DNA of 53,815 bases from Oscillospiraceae bacterium (GTDB lineage: Bacteria > Bacillota > Clostridia > Oscillospirales > UBA929). The notes below the pieces were generated by a model. That model saw only the letters and a list, made by a program, of their open reading frames with translations, had not been told where the DNA came from and did no database searches. The DNA lies in contig JAIRUE010000024.1 of the NCBI GenBank assembly GCA_031254575.1, positions 1 through 53,815 of the forward strand, written 5' to 3'. This document shows positions 1 through 10,637 of this stretch, one piece after another (within the stretch, counting starts at the first letter, position 1; each line of letters starts with the position of its first letter). Position numbers and translations under genes: made by a program.

Positions 1-209
1 CTTTCCAACGCCTTATATCCGGCTTTTTCAATCGCTTCCCGAATAACCGACAACCGAACCGTGTGAGGGTTATAAAGTACGGCGGCTTTTTCGGTTGCGA
101 AATTAACCGATACGCTTTCCACTCCGCCCATCTTTTTAATGCTCTTTTCCACCCGCTGACCGCACGCCGCACAGGTCATGCCCCCGATATTTATAACTTT
201 TTTCTCCAT
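1..209 (-). CDS. copA: HMA-domain N-terminus of a heavy-metal (Cu) P-type ATPase; partial, runs off the left edge
   Basis: Manual translation from ATG at 209: MEKKVINIGGMTCAACGQRVEKSIKKMGGVESVSVNFATEKA... with the GMTCxxC motif. The frame stays open to the edge. Not in the ORF track. A CopZ-like chaperone cannot be excluded. Confidence 0.7.
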   Translation of the reverse strand, partial: MEKKVINIGGMTCAACGQRVEKSIKKMGGVESVSVNFATEKAAVLYNPHTVRLSVIREAIEKAGYKALE

Positions 210-237
210 ATGCAAATCCTCTCTGATGATTGAAAAC

Positions 238-266
238 TTGACATTGTTTTTTACTTATGCTATCAT
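238..266 (+). promoter_or_regulatory. sigma70-type promoter for the HxlR gene
   Basis: TTGACA(238-243)-17 bp-TATCAT(261-266). Confidence 0.55.
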
Positions 267-343
267 TATAGCACAAATTGCTGTCCTGGCAAGTACGCAC
301 TTTTAGGTGCAATGCTGCCCTAAAAGATACTGTGGAGGTCAAA

Positions 344-700
344 ATGGATTGCCATAACCGCGAATATAATTGTCCCGTGGGCGCAACCCTTGCGTTGATC
401 GGGGGAAAATATAAGGCCCTTATCCTGTGGCATTTGATTGACAGAACTTTGCGCTTTGGTGAGCTTCATAAACGTATCCCGCAGGCTACGCCCAAAATGC
501 TTACGCAGCAGCTCCGCGAATTGGAGGACGCCGGCCTTGTCATCCGCACGGTTTATCCTGTCGTGCCGCCAAAGGTGGAATACAGACTGTCCGTTTTGGG
601 GATTAGTATTAGACCGGTATTGGAAAAAATGTATGATTGGGGAGCGGATTATCTTAAAAGCAACGGCAAAGAGATAAACTGTTCTATGACCATGCGTTAA
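344..700 (+). CDS. HxlR-family winged-helix transcriptional regulator
   Basis: CPVGATLALIGGKYK...LRFGEL...KMLTQQLRELE...VYPVVPPKVEYRLS; GGAGG RBS before ATG 344. Confidence 0.92.
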   Translation: MDCHNREYNCPVGATLALIGGKYKALILWHLIDRTLRFGELHKRIPQATPKMLTQQLRELEDAGLVIRTVYPVVPPKVEYRLSVLGISIRPVLEKMYDWGADYLKSNGKEINCSMTMR

Positions 701-973
701 TTTGATTTTGATATAGAGCCATTATGCGGCTGTTCGTACAGCGGTAGCTTTAATGGGATTGACATAGCGGGAAACGGTCAGGTTTTTTTTGCGATGGTTC
801 ATACGCTGTCCGATATTCCCGCTTGCAGCGAAATGGAGAAGATATGCTTCATGGAATCCTTGCCGGGCGAATTGACTTATCCTGCCATCCGTGAATTATT
901 CCCGGTTGCCATAAAAAAGCAACAGGGAATCGGTTGCGGCGGGGCTTGCTTTTACGGAACGAATCGGTTATAA
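701..973 (+). pseudogene. 5'-truncated remnant resembling the C-terminal half of a small NUDIX hydrolase
   Basis: 90-codon open frame directly after the HxlR stop, lacking its 5' end: FDIEPLC...GQVFFAMVHTL...SEMEKICFMESLPGELTYPAI. Resembles clostridial NUDIX C-termini; no Nudix box present. Confidence 0.5.
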
Positions 974-974
974 T
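946..974 (+). promoter_or_regulatory. promoter for ddh(-gdhA)
   Basis: TTGCTT(946-951)-17 bp-TATAAT(969-974). Confidence 0.55.
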
Positions 975-1046
975 TGCTAAAATGAACGGCTTTATCAGCT
1001 GCCGTCAAACATCAAGCGGGAGCGGGCCGGAAGGAGGACGATCCTA

Positions 1047-2033
1047 ATGAGCCAAACAATCAGAATCGGCGTCTGCGGTTACGGCAACCTGGGCCGGGGC
1101 GTGGAGGCGGAAATCGTCAAAAACCCCGATATGGAACTGGCCGCCGTCTTTACTAGGAGGAAACCCGCCGGGTCGCTGAAGATCAAAGCGGACGTACCGG
1201 TGGCGCACACCTCTTCCGCCCCGGAGTGGAAGGATAAAATCGACGTACTGATCCTATGCGGCGGCTCCGCGAACGACCTGCCGGCGCAGGGGCCCGAATT
1301 TGCCGGGATGTTCAATACGGTCGACAGCTTTGACACCCACGCGAAGATCCCGGAATACCTCAAGGCGGTCGACGAGGCGGCAAAGGCCGGCGGCAGGATT
1401 TCGGTCATATCCGCCGGCTGGGATCCCGGCCTGTTTTCGCTGATGCGGCTGTACATGGAGGCGGTCAACCCGGACGGGAAGACATACACCTTTTGGGGCA
1501 GGGGCGTGAGCCAGGGACACTCGGAGGCCGTGCGCGGCCTTGACGGGGTGCTTGACGCGATCCAGTACACCATCCCCGACGAATCCGCCGCCGGCAGGGT
1601 GCGGAACGGCGAAACGCCCGGCCTGACCGTCCGCGAAAAGCACACGAGGCTCTGCTATGTCGCCGCCGAAGAAGGCGCCGATAAAGCGCGGATAGAACGC
1701 GAAATAAAGGAAATGCCGTATTATTTCTCCGACTACGATACTACCGTAACCTTTATCTCCCTTGAGGAGTTGAGGCGGGACCACGGAAAGCTCACCCACG
1801 GCGGCAACGTGATCCATACCGCGAAAACCGGCGCCGGGAACCGGCATCTGATGGAATTTTCCCTGAAGCTGGACTCCAATCCCGAATTTACGGCGTCCGT
1901 CCTTCTGGCCTGCGCGAGGGCGGCATACCGCTTATTTGAAAAGGGTGAGCGCGGGGCGAGGACCATGTTCGATATACCGCCGGTATTGCTGTCCCGCGCC
2001 GGCGTTTCGGAAACGGTGCAAACCTTGCTGTGA
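1047..2033 (+). CDS. ddh: meso-diaminopimelate D-dehydrogenase
   Basis: GYGNLGRG, LCGGSANDL, VDSFDTHAKI, GWDPGLFS, TFWGRGVSQGHS, LDSNPEFT motifs; AGGAGG RBS. Confidence 0.95.
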   Translation: MSQTIRIGVCGYGNLGRGVEAEIVKNPDMELAAVFTRRKPAGSLKIKADVPVAHTSSAPEWKDKIDVLILCGGSANDLPAQGPEFAGMFNTVDSFDTHAKIPEYLKAVDEAAKAGGRISVISAGWDPGLFSLMRLYMEAVNPDGKTYTFWGRGVSQGHSEAVRGLDGVLDAIQYTIPDESAAGRVRNGETPGLTVREKHTRLCYVAAEEGADKARIEREIKEMPYYFSDYDTTVTFISLEELRRDHGKLTHGGNVIHTAKTGAGNRHLMEFSLKLDSNPEFTASVLLACARAAYRLFEKGERGARTMFDIPPVLLSRAGVSETVQTLL

Positions 2034-3434
<1,401 letters not shown>

Positions 3435-3474
3435 CGCAAAGTATGAAAAAAAAACATACGGGAGTGACGCGCTG

Positions 3475-6400
3475 ATGGAAACCCGGTATTTCAATGACGG
3501 CTGGGAGTTTTCGCTGGACGGGGGGGCGTTTACCGCGGTAAAACTGCCCCACGACTGGCTGATCGCCGACACGGGCAACCTCTATAAGAGCGGCACGGGC
3601 CGCTACCGCCGCAAACTGGACGCGGGTTTTCTAAAGGACGGGCAGCGCCTGTTTGTATGCTTTGACGGCGTGTATATGGACAGTATGCTGTATGTCAACG
3701 GGGCGCTTGCGGGGGAATGGAAATACGGCTACACCGCCTTTGAGTTTGACATAACGGATTTTCTGTCGGGCGGCGCGGAAAACACCCTGCTGCTGGAGGT
3801 CCGTTACCAATCCCCCAATTCGCGCTGGTACAGCGGGGCGGGTATATACCGCGACGTGACCCTCAAAGTCAAAAACGCCTGCCATTTTGTATCGGACGGA
3901 CTTTACATTACCACGTTCAAAGAAGGCGGGCGATGGAACTATACGGTCAAGGCGGAAGCCGTTACGGGCGGGCGGCCGTATCAGACGCGCCACACGCTGG
4001 AAGGCGGGGACGGGGAGATTGAAACGTGGGACATAGACCGCCCGCGCCTGTATACGCTGCGCTCCGAGCTGATTGTGGACGGGGCCGTCGCCGACGTTGA
4101 ATACACGCGTTTCGGCTTTCGGGAGATCGCCTTTGACCCCGACAAAGGATTTTTCCTCAACGGGCGGCGCAGGAAACTCAACGGGGTATGCCTGCACCAT
4201 GATTTGGGGGCGCTGGGCACGGCCATGCACAAGGACGCGCTGCGCCGCCAGTTTACGCTGATGCGCGGGATGGGGGTCAACGCCCTGCGCACCTCGCACA
4301 ACCCGCCCGCGAAAGTGTTTATGGAGCTGGCCGACGAAATGGGCTTTCTGGTGATGAGCGAGCTGACCGACATGTGGGAGCTTCCCAAGACCGAATATGA
4401 CTACGCGCGGTTTTTCAACGACTGGGTGGAGCGCGACGCGGCGTCATGGATACGGCGCGACCGGAACAGCCCCTCGGTCATCATGTGGAGCGTGGGCAAC
4501 GAGATATACGACACCCACGCCGACGCGGAGAGAGGGGGGGAGATCCTCCGCCGCCTGACGGGGCTGGTCAAAAAGCATGACCCCGACGGGCACGCGCCGG
4601 CGACGCTGTGCTCCAACTACATGGCATGGGAAAACACCCAAAAGTGCGCCGATATAATCAAACTGATCGGCTACAATTACGCGGTGGATCTGTACGAGGA
4701 GCACCACGCGGCGCACCCGGACTGGATTATTTTCGGCGGCGAGACCGCTTCGACGGTGCAGAGCCGCGGCGTGTACCGCTTCCCGCTGCGCCGGTCCATC
4801 CTGGCCGACGACGATTTGCAATGCTCCTCTCTGGGCAACAGCTCCACAAGCTGGGGCGCGGAAAGCCCCGAAGCCTGCGCGCTGGACGACATCAACATAC
4901 CGTTTTCCTTAGGGCAGTTCATATGGACGGGGCAGGATTATATCGGCGAGCCCACGCCGTACCATACCAAAAACTCTTACTTCGGGCAGGCCGACACGGC
5001 GGGCTTCCCGAAGGACTCTTACTATGTCTATAAAGCGGCGTGGACGGACGCGCCGACGGTCCACCTGTTCCCGTACTGGGACCACTCCCCCGGTCAGACG
5101 GTCGACGTGCGCGTTTGCACCAACGCGCACATCGCGGAGCTTTTTTTGAACGGCAAAAGCCTGGGCGCGGCAGCGCTTGAGAACCGCCTTATCGCCGACT
5201 GGCGCGTCCCCTATGAGCCGGGGGAACTCCGCGCCGCCGCCTATGACCGGGACGGAAAAACCGTCGCGGAGGCTGTCCGGCGTTCGCCCGGCGACGCGGC
5301 CGGGCTGACGCTGCGAACCGACGTATACGGCGAGCTGGCCTTCGTGAGCATCGCCGCCGCGGACGCCGACGGAAACCCCGTGGAGAACGCGGGCAACCGC
5401 GTGCGCGTTTCCGTTGAGGGCGGGACGCTGCTGGGAACGGACAACGGCGACTCCACCGACTATGACCAGTACTCGGCAGGCAGCAGGCGGCTGTTCAACG
5501 GAAAGCTGCTGGCCATTGTCAGGCGGGACGGCGCGGGGGAACCGCAGGTGACAGCCTCTTTTGACGAGAGCGACGTGCCGGTGCGGAAAATAGAATTGAC
5601 GATCGATAAATATACTGTTACGGCGCGCACATTCCCCAAAGGCGCGACCTGGAACGATCTGCGCTGGCGGCTGACCGACGCGGCCGGGATCGACAGCCCG
5701 CTGGGGGAACTGAGCGTTTCGGAAGACGGCCTTTCCGCCGTGATAAAGCCCAAAGGGGACGGAGAGGTCTGGGTGCGCTGCGAGGCCGGCAACGGGCGGG
5801 AGCACGCCGCGATCATTTCCCAGACGTCGCTTGAAATCACCGGCATGGGTTCGCCGTTTTTGGACCCCTATACGTTTGTGTCGGGAGGGCTTGCCAACCG
5901 CAGCAACGTCAAGCTGACCAACGGCAACGAGCGCGGCGTCGTCCCCGCGGGCGGCGGAGAGAGCCATATCGGGTTTGCCGGACTGGATTTCGGCGGCTAC
6001 GGCTCGGACGAGCTGACCGTGCCGCTCTTCCCGCTGAGCCATGACCCGTTCGAGTTTGAGATATGGGAGGGGATGCCGGAGGAGGGCGGGGAACGCCTGC
6101 TGACCGTGCCGTACGACAAAGGATCTGTCTGGAACACCTACCAGGATGTGCGGTGCAAGCTGCCCCGGCGCCTGCGCGGCGTGACGGCGCTCTGCTTTGT
6201 CTTCCGGCAGAAGGTGCATATCAAGGGCTTTGTGTTCACCCGGTACGACAAGGCGTTCGCGCGGCTGGACGCGGCGGAAAACGACGGCCTCAGCGGCGAC
6301 GCGTTTACGATAAACGGCGGCGCGGTCGAGGGGATCGGCAACAATGTGACGATCCTGTTCAGGGATATGGATTTCGGGGAGGCGGGCGCGGGCAGCGTCA

Positions 6401-6621
6401 CGCTGAACACGCGCTCCGCGCTGGCGGCCAATTCGGTGCGGCTTTTGTTCGGCGACGGGCGTTCGGAGCGGAGCGAAATGCTGGAAGTACCCGGGGCGCC
6501 GCGCTATACCGAATCGGCGCATACGTTCAAAGAGCCCGTGCGCGGCAAACATACGGTGTCGCTGATCTTTCTGCCCGGCAGCAAGTTAGACCTCGCATGG
6601 ATACGGTTCGGACCGGCATAG
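3475..6621 (+). CDS. glycoside hydrolase family 2 (beta-galactosidase-like) with C-terminal Ig/CBM6-like domains
   Basis: FDGVY, SRWYSGAGIYRDV, GVCLHHDLGALG, RTSHNPP, MWSVGNE (acid/base), WTGQDYIGEPTP; no signal peptide. Confidence 0.9.
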   Translation: METRYFNDGWEFSLDGGAFTAVKLPHDWLIADTGNLYKSGTGRYRRKLDAGFLKDGQRLFVCFDGVYMDSMLYVNGALAGEWKYGYTAFEFDITDFLSGGAENTLLLEVRYQSPNSRWYSGAGIYRDVTLKVKNACHFVSDGLYITTFKEGGRWNYTVKAEAVTGGRPYQTRHTLEGGDGEIETWDIDRPRLYTLRSELIVDGAVADVEYTRFGFREIAFDPDKGFFLNGRRRKLNGVCLHHDLGALGTAMHKDALRRQFTLMRGMGVNALRTSHNPPAKVFMELADEMGFLVMSELTDMWELPKTEYDYARFFNDWVERDAASWIRRDRNSPSVIMWSVGNEIYDTHADAERGGEILRRLTGLVKKHDPDGHAPATLCSNYMAWENTQKCADIIKLIGYNYAVDLYEEHHAAHPDWIIFGGETASTVQSRGVYRFPLRRSILADDDLQCSSLGNSSTSWGAESPEACALDDINIPFSLGQFIWTGQDYIGEPTPYHTKNSYFGQADTAGFPKDSYYVYKAAWTDAPTVHLFPYWDHSPGQTVDVRVCTNAHIAELFLNGKSLGAAALENRLIADWRVPYEPGELRAAAYDRDGKTVAEAVRRSPGDAAGLTLRTDVYGELAFVSIAAADADGNPVENAGNRVRVSVEGGTLLGTDNGDSTDYDQYSAGSRRLFNGKLLAIVRRDGAGEPQVTASFDESDVPVRKIELTIDKYTVTARTFPKGATWNDLRWRLTDAAGIDSPLGELSVSEDGLSAVIKPKGDGEVWVRCEAGNGREHAAIISQTSLEITGMGSPFLDPYTFVSGGLANRSNVKLTNGNERGVVPAGGGESHIGFAGLDFGGYGSDELTVPLFPLSHDPFEFEIWEGMPEEGGERLLTVPYDKGSVWNTYQDVRCKLPRRLRGVTALCFVFRQKVHIKGFVFTRYDKAFARLDAAENDGLSGDAFTINGGAVEGIGNNVTILFRDMDFGEAGAGSVTLNTRSALAANSVRLLFGDGRSERSEMLEVPGAPRYTESAHTFKEPVRGKHTVSLIFLPGSKLDLAWIRFGPA

Positions 6622-6627
6622 CCGGGC

Positions 6628-6656
6628 TTGCAAAAAACCTTTTGTTGTGTTACAAT
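6628..6656 (+). promoter_or_regulatory. promoter for ilvE
   Basis: TTGCAA(6628-6633)-17 bp-TACAAT(6651-6656). Confidence 0.55.
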
Positions 6657-6738
6657 GCGAAGAAACCGGCAAGGAGCGCATAGTCATAGAAAATCCATTT
6701 GCGCGTCCGGGGTCTGACACGGAGAGGAGCGCCCGTTT

Positions 6739-7800
6739 ATGGAAATCACCCTCACAAAAACGACCGCGCCCAAGCAAAAGCCGGAGGACGGCGTTTTGGG
6801 GTTCGGCCAATACTTCACCGATCATATGTTTCTGATGGACTATGAGCCGGAAAAAGGGTGGCGCGACCCGCGCATCGTACCGCACGGCCCGCTGTCGCTG
6901 GACCCCGCCGCGATGTGCCTGCACTATGGGCAGGAACTATTCGAGGGGCTCAAGGCGTATCGCGGCGCGGACGGGAAGGTGCGCCTGTTCCGCTACAGGG
7001 ACAACATACGCCGTTTCAACCGCTCCTGTGAGCGGCTTGACATACCCGTCATTGACGAGGAGGCGTTCCGCGAAGCGCTGTTCGCCCTGCTCAGGCTGGA
7101 AATGGACTGGGTGCCCCGTTCCGCCGACACTTCGCTGTATATCCGTCCCTACCTGATCGCGACCGATCCGTTTATCGGGGTGCGCAGTTCCAAAAGCTAT
7201 CTCTTTATCATCCTGCTCTCCCCCGTCGGCGCGTACTATAAAGGCGGGCTGTCGCCCACCGGCATCTATGTGGAGACGGAAGACGTGCGCGCCGTGCGGG
7301 GCGGTATGGGCAGCGTCAAAGCCGCCGCCAACTACGCCGCCACGCTCCGCGCCCAGACCCGCGCCGGGGCCAAAGGGTTTGCGCAGGTCATGTGGCTGGA
7401 CGCGCTGGAACGGAAATATGTGGAGGAAGTCGGGACTTCCAACGCCTTTTTTGTATTCGGAGGCACGGTCGTCACCCCGCCGGCGGGCGGTTCCATCCTG
7501 CCCGGCATCACGCGGGACTCCTGCCTGTGCCTGCTGCGGGAATGGGGCGTGCCCGCCGAGGAACGGCTCATTTCTATCGACGAGGTCTGGCAGGCTCACG
7601 CCGGCGGGCGGCTGAGCGAGGCCTTCGCCACCGGCACCGCCGCCGTTGTGTCGCCGGTCGGAAAATTCTGTTACAACGGCGAGACTATCGTCATCGGAGA
7701 CGAGCCAGGCCCGGTCGCGCGGCGGCTGTACGACGCGCTGACCGGCATCCAGTGGGGCAGGACGCCCGACACGATGGGCTGGACGGAAGGTATCGGTTGA
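6739..7800 (+). CDS. ilvE: branched-chain amino acid aminotransferase
   Basis: GFGQYFTDHMF, LHYGQELFEGLKAYR, KAAANY (PLP Lys), ILPGITR, ATGTAAVVSP. Confidence 0.95.
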   Translation: MEITLTKTTAPKQKPEDGVLGFGQYFTDHMFLMDYEPEKGWRDPRIVPHGPLSLDPAAMCLHYGQELFEGLKAYRGADGKVRLFRYRDNIRRFNRSCERLDIPVIDEEAFREALFALLRLEMDWVPRSADTSLYIRPYLIATDPFIGVRSSKSYLFIILLSPVGAYYKGGLSPTGIYVETEDVRAVRGGMGSVKAAANYAATLRAQTRAGAKGFAQVMWLDALERKYVEEVGTSNAFFVFGGTVVTPPAGGSILPGITRDSCLCLLREWGVPAEERLISIDEVWQAHAGGRLSEAFATGTAAVVSPVGKFCYNGETIVIGDEPGPVARRLYDALTGIQWGRTPDTMGWTEGIG

Positions 7801-7921
7801 CAACCCGGCACGCCTGTGCCACACCGCTTCGCAGGATATGAGGCTTGCGGCTTACCGGGGAGGCCGTTTTTCCGGTTTTGTCGGCGTACATCTCTCCTGT
7901 CCTGTAGAACAGGAGGATTTT

Positions 7922-8320
7922 ATGAAAAAACAGAGAAAACTCATCATCGCCGCCGTGGCGGTGCTGCTTTGCCTCGCGGTCATTTTCACCGCGGTCTGGC
8001 TGCTGACAAAGCAAAAGCCCGTTGAGGGCGAAAAGGATCTGCATATCGACGTCGTCGTCGGCAGCGAAACGGTCAGGACACTGGACTTCCATACCGACGC
8101 GCTCTATTTGCGCCAGGCGCTGGAGGAACAGAATCTGATCGGGGGCGAGGAGACGTCGCTCGGGCTGAAGGTCATGACGGTGAACGGGCGGACGGCGGAC
8201 GAGAGCAAACAGGAATGGTGGTGCATCACCAAAGGCGGCGAATGGCTCAACGCCGGCGTGGACGAAACCCCCGTCGAGGACGGCGACCGCTTTGAGCTCA
8301 CCCTGACGGTGGGATGGTAA
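7922..8320 (+). CDS. membrane-anchored DUF4430 (transcobalamin C-terminal-like) protein
   Basis: N-terminal TM helix; VMTVNG...QEWWCITKGGEWLNAGVDETPVEDGDRFEL; AGGAGG RBS. Confidence 0.75.
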   Translation: MKKQRKLIIAAVAVLLCLAVIFTAVWLLTKQKPVEGEKDLHIDVVVGSETVRTLDFHTDALYLRQALEEQNLIGGEETSLGLKVMTVNGRTADESKQEWWCITKGGEWLNAGVDETPVEDGDRFELTLTVGW

Positions 8321-8841
8321 TGTCCGGGACCACGACCCGCACGCTCGCGGCGCTGGCTGTTTGCACGTCGCTGCTGCTGGCCGTTCAGGTGGGAAAGGCG
8401 GCGCTCCTGCCGTTCCTGCCCAACGTCGAGCTGGTTTCGCTGCTGATCATGCTGTATACTTTGGTTTTCCGGCGCAAGGTCCTGTACATCATCTATCTTT
8501 TCACGCTGCTCGAGGGCGTGATTTACGGCTTTCACATGTGGTGGGTCACATACCTCTATATCTGGACAGTCCTCGCGGCGCTGACGTGGCTGTGCCGCGC
8601 GATCGAGTCCCCGTGGCTCATGGCGGCGCTGTCGGGCGTGTTCGGCCTGTTCTTCGGCGCGCTGGACGCCATCCCGTATCTGTTTATCGGCGGCGTGCCG
8701 ATGGCCGTGTCCCGCTGGCTCTCCGGCATCCCGTTCGACCTTATTCACTGTGCCGGCAACTTCGTCCTCTGCCTTGTCCTGTGGAAGCCGTTGAAAAAAG
8801 CGCTGGGCTTCTGTATGGAGCGGCTGACGCGGCAAGCCTAG
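8320..8841 (+). CDS. ECF transporter S-component (CbrT-like, possibly for cobalamin)
   Basis: Multi-TM protein with LPNVELVS and GIPFDLIHCAGNF; start overlaps the upstream stop (TAATG). Confidence 0.7.
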   Translation: MSGTTTRTLAALAVCTSLLLAVQVGKAALLPFLPNVELVSLLIMLYTLVFRRKVLYIIYLFTLLEGVIYGFHMWWVTYLYIWTVLAALTWLCRAIESPWLMAALSGVFGLFFGALDAIPYLFIGGVPMAVSRWLSGIPFDLIHCAGNFVLCLVLWKPLKKALGFCMERLTRQA

Positions 8842-8877
8842 GCCCCTGTGCCGGGCGTATGCCGGACACAGGGGCCT
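8842..8877. terminator. hairpin between convergent genes
   Basis: GGCCCCTGTG...CACAGGGGCC. Confidence 0.55.
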
Positions 8878-8891
8878 CTCCGGTAAATTAC

Positions 8892-9107
8892 TTACTGGAC
8901 TTCTTCCGCTTCCGCGAGTTCGTCCTCGTCCTCGTAATCACAGCATTCGCTTCCGAAGAAGCGCGCCTTCTTACGGGCGACCTGATCGCGCAGCGCGTCG
9001 AAACCGCGCACCAGCACGTCAAAATACTTGATGGCGAGCATTGTGACCGCACCGACGACGATCAAAGAGATGAGCAGACCGGATACGACCTTAAACCATT
9101 GTTTCAT
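8892..9107 (-). CDS. small single-pass membrane protein with acidic tail
   Basis: MKQWFKVVSGLLISLIVVGAVTMLAI...ECCDYEDEDELAEAEEVQ; GGGAGG RBS. Confidence 0.75.
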   Translation of the reverse strand: MKQWFKVVSGLLISLIVVGAVTMLAIKYFDVLVRGFDALRDQVARKKARFFGSECCDYEDEDELAEAEEVQ

Positions 9108-9298
9108 GCAGAACGCCTCCCTCACTTCCATTTTCACCAGTATACAGCAAAACGCGCCGTCTGGCAAGCGCTTTTTTCGGACCGCCCCGATTTTTTACAA
9201 GTCCTGAGGGATTGTGTGAATCCGCGCGGCATATCCGCGACCATGACGACGCGCTGTTATATAACCCTTATTATTGTACCGGGGAGTGAGGCGCGGCG

Positions 9299-9823
9299 AT
9301 GCGGCTGTTTATCGCGGTCAATTTCAGTCGGGAGACAAAAAACCGCCTGCTCGCCTTGCGGGACGAACTGCGCGCCCGCTCGGAACGCGGCCGTTTCAGC
9401 TTGCCGGAAAATTTACATCTGACGCTGGGTTTCCTCGGCGAATGTGATCCAACGCAAACAGCCGGCATAAAGACCGCGATGGACGCGGCGCCGTTTGCCG
9501 CGTTCGATCTGACCGTCGACCGCGTCGGACGCTTCAGGCGGGACGGCGGCGATATTTGGTGGGCGGGTGTTAAGGGCAGTAAGCCGCTTCTTGATTTGCA
9601 GAGGGAACTGACCAATACCCTTATCGCCGCCGGTTTCGGTTTGGAGAAACGCCATTACGACCCCCACGTCACCCTTGGCCGGGAGGTTGTGACGGATACC
9701 GCGCCGTGGCCGACCGAGCCGTTCGGCGAAACGGTCTCGCGTATTGACCTGATGAAATCCGAACGGATAAACGGCAAGCTGACCTATACGGCGGTATATA
9801 CCAAAAAAGCGGAACTCTCCTAA
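9299..9823 (+). CDS. thpR: RNA 2',3'-cyclic phosphodiesterase (2H phosphoesterase)
   Basis: MRLFIA start and two HxT motifs (NLHLTLGFLG, YDPHVTLGR). Confidence 0.92.
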   Translation: MRLFIAVNFSRETKNRLLALRDELRARSERGRFSLPENLHLTLGFLGECDPTQTAGIKTAMDAAPFAAFDLTVDRVGRFRRDGGDIWWAGVKGSKPLLDLQRELTNTLIAAGFGLEKRHYDPHVTLGREVVTDTAPWPTEPFGETVSRIDLMKSERINGKLTYTAVYTKKAELS

Positions 9824-10542
9824 TTTTTAATGTCTAAGAACAATTTTCTGTTGAACAGGGGCTGAAACGACTCTATTTGATCGGCGATGGACTCACAGCA
9901 CAGCTTGACTTCCGGATTCGCGTTCCCCCCGGCGTTCCTCTCCTTGAAAACGTGCGCCCATTCGGTCATATTGACTTTGAAGATAAAATTACTCGGAATG
10001 GACAGCATGTATAAGCCCCTTTTGACATCCGGATCGTCAGACATATCGTCCCTTATGTAGCCGTTGACCGCTTTTTTATAGAGCAGCCCGTCAACCGATA
10101 TTGTGTCGGGTATTTTGAGCCCCAGATGGGTAAGAGCCAGATCCGTGGGGATAATTTTTGACGCGTACCATTCGGACAGTTCGTAGCTGAAGTCCGCCAG
10201 CCGGGTGCTGCTGCGGATGATTCTGTTGTTAAATCTTGCGGCGTGGGCATCCCAGTCGTCCTGCCCCGCCCTGTGAAGCCCCTCCACAGTAACGGACATA
10301 TCTATGAAACGCAGCATGGTGGTATGGATTTTCCCCCACTTGACCAGCCTTTGCAGCCAGCCGTGATAGACGGACAGGTCTTCGGGCGCGGCTTCACCGG
10401 AAATTTTCCCCCGCTTATCAAGAACACGAAAGCATACGGAACGGACCTCCTCCTCGAATGCCCGCGTCCAGCTGCGTTTGCTCATATACATCGTGATGAC
10501 GGCATCCGCGACGCCCGTTATTTCGTTTAGGTATGTCCGCAT
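9820..10542 (-). CDS. divergent ThyX-like (flavin-dependent thymidylate synthase fold) protein
   Basis: LVKWGKIHTTMLRFIDMSVTVEGLHR...RSSTR and FKVNMTEWAHVFKER...NPEV parallel ThyX segments; the RHR motif is absent. Confidence 0.5.
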   Translation of the reverse strand: MRTYLNEITGVADAVITMYMSKRSWTRAFEEEVRSVCFRVLDKRGKISGEAAPEDLSVYHGWLQRLVKWGKIHTTMLRFIDMSVTVEGLHRAGQDDWDAHAARFNNRIIRSSTRLADFSYELSEWYASKIIPTDLALTHLGLKIPDTISVDGLLYKKAVNGYIRDDMSDDPDVKRGLYMLSIPSNFIFKVNMTEWAHVFKERNAGGNANPEVKLCCESIADQIESFQPLFNRKLFLDIKN

Positions 10543-10637
10543 AAGGAACCCCCTGATTATTTACTCATTACATTACAAAAACCGGCAATCAGGCTCCCGC
10601 CGCGATCGCGCGGCGGGAGCCTGGCCTATTCCGCCGT

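Noticed and set aside
701-1046. Lysine riboswitch upstream of ddh
   Set aside because: No L-box consensus; the region is better explained by a coding remnant plus a promoter close to the start.
6657-6738. T-box leader upstream of ilvE
   Set aside because: The leader is only ~80 nt and lacks the GGTGGNACC T-box motif and terminator.
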